DNA from: Candidatus Omnitrophota bacterium
GTDB taxonomy: Bacteria > Omnitrophota > Gorgyraeia > B26-G9
NCBI GenBank assembly: GCA_043826565.1
Contig: JBDRPX010000019.1
Coordinates: 5,369-69,368, forward strand
DNA length: 64,000 nt
Reading direction: 5' to 3'
Below the pieces are notes generated by a model. The model was not told where the DNA came from. It saw only the letters and a program-made list of their open reading frames with translations, and made no database searches. Both the position numbers and the translations under genes were made by a program. This document shows positions 57,191 through 64,000 of this stretch, piece by piece (position 1 is the stretch's first letter; the number at the start of each line of letters is the position of its first letter).

Positions 57191-57682
57191 TTACTGATTT
57201 TTACCGGTATCTTTTGATACGAGAAGATACGGCTTTAATATTTCCCAGGTCTTTGGACCAACTACACCATCTATAGTTAATTCATTTACTCTCTGGAATT
57301 CGCGAATAGCCTTTTTTGTTTTATCGCCCAGTCTCCCGTCGATAGGACCGGGGCTTAATCCGGCCGCGCTTAAAGCTTTCTGGATATCCGCGGTACGGAC
57401 CTTCTTAGCTATATCCGCAGAATCTTTTCCTATTGTCGGCAGTACTTCTCTCGGAGATACCCCAACAGAAGGCTTGCGTCTCTGCTTTTTGTCAGAGAGT
57501 AGATCTATATCTTTCTCCGGCTTACTGATGATCTCAATTTCCGGAGAAACAAATTCTTTATGTCCTGTGTTCTTTTGAGTATTTGGACGTTTTCCCATTG
57601 CCATTGCCAAGGGGAGTGACGGCGGGTTTCCTATTGCTGTGTATAACAAAATTACTGCCAGAAAAAAAATAATTCTTTTCAA
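57191..57682 (-). CDS. Exported peptidoglycan-binding domain protein
   Basis: Hydrophobic N-terminus; IQKAL..AG..PGPIDG..G..TKKAIREFQ...L..DGVVGPKTW (PG_binding_1). Start uncertain. Confidence 0.8.
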   Translation of the reverse strand: MKRIIFFLAVILLYTAIGNPPSLPLAMAMGKRPNTQKNTGHKEFVSPEIEIISKPEKDIDLLSDKKQRRKPSVGVSPREVLPTIGKDSADIAKKVRTADIQKALSAAGLSPGPIDGRLGDKTKKAIREFQRVNELTIDGVVGPKTWEILKPYLLVSKDTGKNQ

Positions 57683-57770
57683 TTTGAGGTACCCCTTATA
57701 TAATGAGCGATGAAAATCATCCCTAATATTACCATTTTTAGTTTTTAAAGTCAAGCCTCGACCTGTACCC

Positions 57771-57854
57771 CTAATTACCTCTGGTAGGCTTACTTCCGTG
57801 GTTAGCCTTCTTTGATTTCCATTTCAACTTGCCTTTTCTTGTTCTTTTGGCCAT
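57771..57854 (-). CDS. 27-aa basic protein, bL37-like 50S ribosomal protein (absent from the ORF track)
   Basis: MAKRTRKGKLKWKSKKANHGSKPTRGN* with SD AGAGGTG; matches the MAKR...KANHGxxP pattern of mycobacterial bL37. Confidence 0.75.
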   Translation of the reverse strand: MAKRTRKGKLKWKSKKANHGSKPTRGN

Positions 57855-57999
57855 GTTACTTTTCACCTCTTTTCGTGTGTAAAAATTGAAGCTTTTGCTA
57901 ACTGCTAACACTAATCTTTGTTGGATATTATACTATTTTGCCAAAAAATACGGTTTTGTCAATCCCTTTTATAAAACATCTGTTTTCGAGAATATTTAT

Positions 58000-59049
58000 C
58001 TATATTTTATTTTTTGTTTTTTTGTTCTGTTTTCTGTCCTCTGAATTCTGTCTTCTGTGTTTAACTGTAGCCTGGGCGGTAAGTTTATAGTTGGATTTTT
58101 TACCTTTTTTATATAGATGGTAACCTAAAACACCGATCATCGCGGCATTGTCTACGCAAAACTGAGGTTCGGCGAGCAAAACTTTGATATTTTCTTTTTT
58201 TGCCTGGGCCCAGAGAGTTTCTCTTAATAAATTATTGCAGGCTACGCCGCCGCCTACAGATAAGGTATTTACTTTGAGTTTTTTGCACGCGGCAATACTT
58301 TTTGATACCAGGGAATTGATTACTTCCTGTTGAAAAGAATAGGCTAGCTGAGCTTTTTCCTTGGGACTTTTAACTTTTAATTTTTGACTTTTATAGAGGA
58401 CATCTGTTTTAATCCCGCTGAAACTGAAATCAAGCGTATCTTTAAGCTGTGCGCAGTTTAATTTAAAAGGGGAATCACTTACCTGCCGGGACAATTTATC
58501 AATTGCCGGGCCGCCGGGATAACCCAGCCCTAATATTTTTGCGGCTTTATCAAAAGCTTCTCCGGCAGCGTCATCTCTGGTTCTGCCGACAAATTTTATT
58601 TTATCAAAATCACGCACATAAGCTAAGCTGGTATGTCCTCCGGATACAACCAGCCCGATAAACGGAAAAGTGAAGTTTTTCTCTTTTAGAAAAGGGGAGA
58701 ATAAGTGCGCGTTGATATGATTTACTCCGATCAAAGGGATCTTAGATGAAAAACTTAATGCCTTGGCAAAGGAAATCCCCACTAGTAGAGATCCGACTAA
58801 GCCGGGGGTATAGGTTACCGCAATCAGGCTGATATCGGAAATTTTTACTTTGGCTTTTTTTAACGCGGTTTTTACTACCGGCATTATATATTCTAAGTGA
58901 AACCGGGAAGCTATCTCCGGAACAATGCCGCCGAATTTGCTGTGCAGATGAACGCTGGAACTTACCGAAGAGGAAAGTACGGTATTTCCGTTTTCTATGA
59001 CCGCGGCAGCTGTTTCATCACATGAAGTTTCAATGCCTAAAGTTAACAT
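58000..59049 (-). CDS. tsaD: tRNA N6-adenosine threonylcarbamoyltransferase TsaD
   Basis: LGIETSCDET, GGIVPEIASR, NHINAH, VSGGHT, DDAAGEAFDK, FSFSG, DNAAMI; likely start ATG 59049. Confidence 0.96.
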   Translation of the reverse strand: MLTLGIETSCDETAAAVIENGNTVLSSSVSSSVHLHSKFGGIVPEIASRFHLEYIMPVVKTALKKAKVKISDISLIAVTYTPGLVGSLLVGISFAKALSFSSKIPLIGVNHINAHLFSPFLKEKNFTFPFIGLVVSGGHTSLAYVRDFDKIKFVGRTRDDAAGEAFDKAAKILGLGYPGGPAIDKLSRQVSDSPFKLNCAQLKDTLDFSFSGIKTDVLYKSQKLKVKSPKEKAQLAYSFQQEVINSLVSKSIAACKKLKVNTLSVGGGVACNNLLRETLWAQAKKENIKVLLAEPQFCVDNAAMIGVLGYHLYKKGKKSNYKLTAQATVKHRRQNSEDRKQNKKTKNKI

Positions 59050-59081
59050 ATTAATTCCTAAGCTAAGTTTACTTGTGTTAA

Positions 59082-59222
59082 AATTCATATTTTTCCACTC
59101 AGGCACAATTTTGCTTATCAGCCGCAAAAAATGGCTAAAAATAGTCTCCCGGCCTAGCGGGCTCGACGATTTTATTAACGCCATTTTTTACTAAAATTGT
59201 GAGTCGTTCCAAAATATGTATT
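59082..59222. mobile_element. ~140-bp palindromic MITE/REP-like element
   Basis: Nested IRs CATATTTT/AAAATATG, CACAATTTT/AAAATTGTG, AAAAAATGGC/GCCATTTTTT. Confidence 0.6.
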
Positions 59223-59235
59223 TCAACACTCATTT

Positions 59236-60336
59236 TTAGTCTATGGTTTCTGATTTTTTGTTTGTTGTCTTCTTAAGGAGATCCGATACATACACGAATT
59301 CAATACCGTTCTGTTTAAAGCGCGGAATAACTTCGGCTAATACTTCCAGCGTGCTTTTTTTCGCGTGGCCGATAGCAATAGCTGAGCCGTGTTTTTCCGC
59401 GATATTTTTTGCTTTTTCCAATTCTTTTAAAATTAATTCCTTGTCGTTTTTATCATCTAAGAAAATATCACGTTTTAAAAAAGGGATGTTTATTCCCGCC
59501 GCGACTTTTTCTCCGACGGATTCTGTGCTGACATAACTGTCTAAAAAGAAAAGGCTGTGATTTTTTAGTTCCCGGAGGACTATTTTTAAAGTGGGCTCAT
59601 CGCCGGTTACTTTTGAACCCATATGATTGTTAACACCTTTTATGCCCGGCAGGCTTTTTATGGCCGCGCGCACAGTGTCAATAATTTGTTCTTCGGTCAT
59701 TGAAGTTAAAATTGTTGTTTTTTCTAAAGCGGCGCTGCTGTCATTAGGTTCTAAAGGCAGATGCAGCATATATTCATAGCCCTGTTCTTTTAATTTTTCC
59801 GCGATATTAGAAGAATATGTAAGATGAGGAAGTATGGAGCAGGTTATCGCCGTTTTTAAGGCAATAAATTCATCGAGAACAGCCATGCTGTATCCCCAGT
59901 CATCCAGGATAATCGCCAGCTTCGCTTTGGGTAATTTTTTCTTTAGGATCATTCTGTAGAGCATCAGTTTTTTGTAACTGAATTCCATGGACAGCCGGTG
60001 TTCGGTATTGTTTTTTTGGAATTCAATTTTACTGATCGGGAATTTTTTTAAAAAGTCACTTTCTGTAATATCTTTTTTGATTTCTTCTAAATCCTGTTCG
60101 GCCGGGACCTGGAATTCTTTTTCAACGAATTTTGTTTTGGCCAGAAATTTGCTGTTTTCCCGGGGAGTTTCGCGGGCTATATTTTCGGGTTTAATCCCAT
60201 CTTTCTCTAAAACCTCGCAAACCTTCTTTTCGCATTCTCCGGAAAGGGGAGAATAGTCCTTTTTGGTTAAAAGTACTATGGCGATTAAGATAATTAGTAA
60301 AGATATCCCGGCGTATTTTATTTTTGAATTATTCAT
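59236..60336 (-). CDS. Divergent polysaccharide deacetylase (YibQ-like)
   Basis: AIILDDWG, LHLPLEP, GVNNHMGS, FFLDS, RDIFLD, AIAIGH; follows ctpA. Confidence 0.9.
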   Translation of the reverse strand: MNNSKIKYAGISLLIILIAIVLLTKKDYSPLSGECEKKVCEVLEKDGIKPENIARETPRENSKFLAKTKFVEKEFQVPAEQDLEEIKKDITESDFLKKFPISKIEFQKNNTEHRLSMEFSYKKLMLYRMILKKKLPKAKLAIILDDWGYSMAVLDEFIALKTAITCSILPHLTYSSNIAEKLKEQGYEYMLHLPLEPNDSSAALEKTTILTSMTEEQIIDTVRAAIKSLPGIKGVNNHMGSKVTGDEPTLKIVLRELKNHSLFFLDSYVSTESVGEKVAAGINIPFLKRDIFLDDKNDKELILKELEKAKNIAEKHGSAIAIGHAKKSTLEVLAEVIPRFKQNGIEFVYVSDLLKKTTNKKSETID

Positions 60337-60376
60337 TGTATTTATGGGGCGAGATTTTTAATCCGGCTTTGATCCC

Positions 60377-60485
60377 TTAATCTGTTTTTATCATTGCGCT
60401 TCACTTTGTTCGCGGAATGAATTAATTAGTACACATCATTGCGCTTCACTTTGTTCGCGGAATGAATTAATCTGTTTTTATCATT
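60377..60485. repeat. Direct repeat of a 37-bp hairpin unit plus duplication of the ctpA 3' end
   Basis: ATCATTGCGCTTCACTTTGTTCGCGGAATGAATTAAT at 60390 and 60435; TTAATCTGTTTTTATCATT at 60377 and 60467. Confidence 0.85.
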
Positions 60486-61771
60486 TCACCGTAAATTTTT
60501 ATGCCGTGCATTAAATGCAGTGCCGCTCTCAGCTGGCTGTCATTTTCCAGCCATTCTCTTTGTTCTTTTTCCTTTAATTCTTTTTCTATTTCCTGCTCAT
60601 TTTTTCCCTGAGGGTTTTCCATATCCTTAAAAACATCTTTCTTTTCGTCTTTTTTTTCCTCAGCAGGTTTAGTCGCGATTTCCCGTTCGACAACAACATC
60701 AGGAATAATTCCGGCTTCATTAATTGTTCTGCCGGAAGGAGTGTAATACTTGGCGGTAGTTAAACGCAGCGCGGACCCGTCACGCAAAGGGATGACTGTC
60801 TGTACTGAGCCTTTACCGAATGATTTTGTACCGACAATAATACCTCTTTTATTGTCTTGTATCGCTCCGGCGACGATTTCGGAAGCGGAAGCGGAACCGC
60901 CGTTTATCAGCACAATAAGCGGAATATTTTTAAAGCCTGTTTTTCCTGTGGAATGATATTCTAAGTCATGCTCTTTATAGCGGCCTTTTGTGTAAACAAT
61001 AAGGTCTCCGGTCGGTAAAAATTCACTGGCTGCTTCCACAGAAGAGATCAGCAGTCCTCCGGGATTATTACGCAGATCAAAGATCAGGCTGTCCATACCT
61101 TGTTTTTCCAGCGTGGATAAAGCGGAGTCCAGATCGTGTTTTGTTTTTTCAGAAAAATCAACGAGTTTAATATAGCCGATATTGTTTTCGAGTATTTCCG
61201 CTTTACGTACAGCCTTGATGTTAATGACGGCCCGGATAATCGTAAAATCCTTTAGTTCTTCTTCATTTTCGCGTATTATCGTCAGTGTAACCGGAGTTCC
61301 CGGTTTACCGCGCATCTTTTTTACGGCTTCGCCAAGAGTAATATCCCGGGTAATTTCTCCGTCTATTTTTACAATTCGATCCATTGCTTCGAGCCCGGCT
61401 TCATCTGCCGGAGTTCCGTCGAGAGGAGTGATGATTGTTAAGAGGCTGTCTTTAAGGGTAATCTCAATGCCTAAACCCCCGAATTCTCCTTCGGTTTCCA
61501 CGCGGAGTTCATTATACATTTCCGGATCCATGAATTGGCTATAGGGATCAAGAGTGGAAAGCATGCCTTTTAAAGCTCCGTAAATAACATCTTTCGGAGT
61601 TACCAAATCCACATAATCATGCTGGATCGCGGTGATTACATCGGAGAAGAGCTCTATTTGACCGTATATTTCATCTTTAGCCGGATTCGTGCGTGCAAGC
61701 ACAGTGCTTTGGAATATTAAAACTAAAGATAAACACAAACAAACTAACAAAGAAAATTTTCTTGAAAACAT
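60467..61771 (-). CDS. ctpA: S41 C-terminal processing protease
   Basis: Signal peptide, LDPYS, FGGLG (PDZ), DLRNNPGG, SASASEI, FGKGSVQ, GIIPD; likely start ATG 61771. Confidence 0.93.
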   Translation of the reverse strand: MFSRKFSLLVCLCLSLVLIFQSTVLARTNPAKDEIYGQIELFSDVITAIQHDYVDLVTPKDVIYGALKGMLSTLDPYSQFMDPEMYNELRVETEGEFGGLGIEITLKDSLLTIITPLDGTPADEAGLEAMDRIVKIDGEITRDITLGEAVKKMRGKPGTPVTLTIIRENEEELKDFTIIRAVINIKAVRKAEILENNIGYIKLVDFSEKTKHDLDSALSTLEKQGMDSLIFDLRNNPGGLLISSVEAASEFLPTGDLIVYTKGRYKEHDLEYHSTGKTGFKNIPLIVLINGGSASASEIVAGAIQDNKRGIIVGTKSFGKGSVQTVIPLRDGSALRLTTAKYYTPSGRTINEAGIIPDVVVEREIATKPAEEKKDEKKDVFKDMENPQGKNEQEIEKELKEKEQREWLENDSQLRAALHLMHGIKIYGEMIKTD

Positions 61772-61867
61772 TTTTACCCCCTTTAATGAGTGTTTCACTT
61801 ATGGAGCTTTTAGCGACATAAGTGAACAACGCGAATTAAACCTCGCCATTTTTTTGGCGGGTTAACA

Positions 61868-63301
61868 TTATTTACTTTCTACTTTTTTTGCAATAAGTTC
61901 ATTTACCATTTGAGGATTAGCCTGCCCGCGCGTTTTTTTCATTACCTGTCCCACCAAAAACATTAACGCTTTATCAGTTCCGTTTTTATAATCCTCAACA
62001 ACACTTGAGTTTTCTGTTATAACTTCCGCGATTACCGATTCTAATTGGCTTGTATCGGAGATCTGCATAAGGTTCTTTTCTTTAATCAATTGCGGCGCGG
62101 TTTTCTGCGTGGAGATCATTTCCGGTAAAATCTTCTTGGCAATTTTCCCGCTGACTGTTCCCGCGTCAATAAGCTCGAGCATATTAATCAGATTCTTAAC
62201 AGGTAATAATTCACCCAATCCTGAAGCATCGATCTGATTGGTGTTCATATAATTCATTATATCGCCCATAAGCCAATTAGCAATAGTTTTCGGTGATTTA
62301 TACTTTTGTGCGGCCGCCTCAAAATAAAGAGCTAAATGCTTGCTGCTGCTGATAACACTAGCATCATATTCGGTAATTTCAAATTCGGAAACCAGGCGTG
62401 CTTTTTTTGCCTCCGGGAGTTCCGGCAGATCTTTTTTTACGGCTGTAATAGTTTCGTTTGTGATCGTAAAAGGAACCAGGTCCGGTTCCGGGAAATACCG
62501 GTAGTCGTGAGCTTCTTCTTTGGTGCGCATAGAAAATGTTTTTTGTTTATGATCATCCCAAAGCCTTGTTTCCTGAACGATTGTTTCTCCGGAATTAAGT
62601 ACTCTTTCCTGGCGGATTATTTCATATTCTAAGGCATCGCGTACGCCTTTAAATGAATTCATGTTTTTAAGTTCGGTTTTAACGCCTAATTCTGTTTGTC
62701 CGTCCGGGCGCAGAGAAATATTCGCGTCACAGCGCAAACTTCCTTTTTCCATATCGCAGTCAGATACTTCACAATATTCAATAATACTTTTTAATTTAGT
62801 AAGATATTCATAAGCTTCTGCCGGCGAACTAATGTCCGGCTCAGTAACGATTTCCAAAAGCGGCATACCGGTCCGGTTTAAATCAACAAGGCTGGCAGTT
62901 TGGGTATGAATAAGTTTACCGGCATCTTCTTCCATGTGCGCGCGTTTTATCCGGATTTTCTTTTTCCCTTTATCTGTATCGATCTCAATGTATCCGTCTG
63001 CAGCCAAGGGAATGTCATATTGAGATATCTGATAGTTTTTCGGCAGATCCGGATAATAATAATGCTTTCTGTCGAATTTCATGTAATTGGCAACTTTGCA
63101 GTTTAAGGCCAAAGATGCGCGGATAGCATATTGCAAAAAAGTTTCATTTAAAACCGGCAGTACTCCGGGTAAACCCAGGCAGACCGGACAGGTTTGCGTG
63201 TTTGCCGGCTGGCCGAACTGCGTACTACAGCCGCAAAAGGCCTTAGTATTGGTCTTCATCTGTACGTGAACTTCTAATCCGATTACTGTTTCGTAAGTCA
63301 T
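61868..63301 (-). CDS. gatB: Asp-tRNA(Asn)/Glu-tRNA(Gln) amidotransferase subunit B
   Basis: IGLEVH, FDRKHYYYPDLPK, HMEEDAGK, RCDANIS, YRYFPEPDL, GQVMK; start ATG 63301. Confidence 0.97.
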   Translation of the reverse strand: MTYETVIGLEVHVQMKTNTKAFCGCSTQFGQPANTQTCPVCLGLPGVLPVLNETFLQYAIRASLALNCKVANYMKFDRKHYYYPDLPKNYQISQYDIPLAADGYIEIDTDKGKKKIRIKRAHMEEDAGKLIHTQTASLVDLNRTGMPLLEIVTEPDISSPAEAYEYLTKLKSIIEYCEVSDCDMEKGSLRCDANISLRPDGQTELGVKTELKNMNSFKGVRDALEYEIIRQERVLNSGETIVQETRLWDDHKQKTFSMRTKEEAHDYRYFPEPDLVPFTITNETITAVKKDLPELPEAKKARLVSEFEITEYDASVISSSKHLALYFEAAAQKYKSPKTIANWLMGDIMNYMNTNQIDASGLGELLPVKNLINMLELIDAGTVSGKIAKKILPEMISTQKTAPQLIKEKNLMQISDTSQLESVIAEVITENSSVVEDYKNGTDKALMFLVGQVMKKTRGQANPQMVNELIAKKVESK

Positions 63302-63330
63302 ATGTGTCCTATAATAAATATGTGTTAATT

Positions 63331-63467
63331 TTTGATATCGCAAAAACATGTCTTTTCACTAAGTCCGCTGCGTCATCCATGACTTGCGGCCGCGCGTTGA
63401 ATCTATTTTTGCATCGTGCAAAAATTACGATTCAAAGCGCCGCTCAAAGAAAATTTTTGCGCTATCT
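63331..63467. mobile_element. 137-bp palindromic MITE/REP-like element, copy 2
   Basis: Same length and skeleton as 4082-4218, with compensatory stem changes. Confidence 0.8.
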
Positions 63468-63508
63468 TTTGTTTTTGATTTTTCTCTCTACTTGCTACTT
63501 GTGTCTTG

Positions 63509-64000
63509 CTACTCGCAGACCTGTGGTCTGCGTTGATGCCAATCTGTATTCTGCTGATAAGCGTACGCAACATTAAATAACATTTGTTCATCGAACGGCT
63601 TGCCTAAAAGCTGTAAACCGATCGGTAAATTTTCTTTGGTAAATCCGCAGGGGATAGATAAAGCCGGAATGCCGGCTAAGTTAGCCGAAATCGTAAAGAT
63701 ATCGGATAAATACATTGCCAGCGGATCATTTATTTTTTCTCCGATCTTAAACGCTCCGGTAGGGGAGGTCGGAGTAATAATACAATCGAATTTTTTAAAC
63801 GCGTTTTTAAAATCCTCGGATATTTTAGCGCGTACTTTTAAGGCCTTAAGATAATAAGCATCATAATAGCCGCTCGATAAAGCGTATGTTCCCAGAATAA
63901 CGCGGCGGACCGCTTCCTGTCCGAATCCTTCACCGCGTGTTTTCATATACATATCAATGAGCGCGCTATCTTCAGAAGGCTCTTTATCTTTTGTGCGGTG
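63509..64000 (-). CDS. gatA: Amidotransferase subunit A (5' part outside the window)
   Basis: [54 protein letters not shown]. Confidence 0.96.
   Translation of the reverse strand, partial: HRTKDKEPSEDSALIDMYMKTRGEGFGQEAVRRVILGTYALSSGYYDAYYLKALKVRAKISEDFKNAFKKFDCIITPTSPTGAFKIGEKINDPLAMYLSDIFTISANLAGIPALSIPCGFTKENLPIGLQLLGKPFDEQMLFNVAYAYQQNTDWHQRRPQVCE

Noticed and set aside
60377-60485. Possible CRISPR array (37-bp direct repeats)
   Set aside because: Only two units, an 8-nt spacer, no cas genes or leader

Overview
64 kb of an AT-rich diderm bacterial chromosome (WaaA, a TonB-dependent receptor and beta-barrel OMPs are present). Gene content and style suggest Candidatus Omnitrophota/PVC, which is an inference. 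Most of the window is housekeeping: leuA-aroE-pilD-aroC, era, a cheW-Y-C-D-B-A-C cluster, topA-xerC-waaA, rlmN, recJ, trkH, hemB-ahbD/A/B-hemL, tatA-tatC-tatA and rlmI on the + strand, then ompA-like, tsaD, ctpA and gatB/gatA on the - strand. No rRNA, tRNA, CRISPR or intact transposase was recognised. The standout feature is three large genes (28442-33169, 39934-42030, 42264-46103). They encode normally cytoplasmic hexose-phosphate/UDP-sugar enzymes: GalE + UDP-sugar pyrophosphorylase + HAD; a class-3 FBPase-like metallophosphatase; and PGM/PMM + PGI. All three carry the same unusual N-terminal leader (signal peptide with a central Gln, then [CT]L[SA]P), the same C-terminal tail ([LV][IV]x[QS][SA]I-COOH) and similar promoters. 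Together they would form a contiguous FBP->F6P->G6P->G1P->UDP-Glc/UDP-Gal route, so this is a candidate exported or host-injected metabolic-enzyme system. Intergenic DNA is saturated with heptamer-periodic inverted arrays and several REP/MITE-like families, some in frame inside genes. Two small genes missed by the ORF track (bL37-like ribosomal protein, second tatA) were found by hand.
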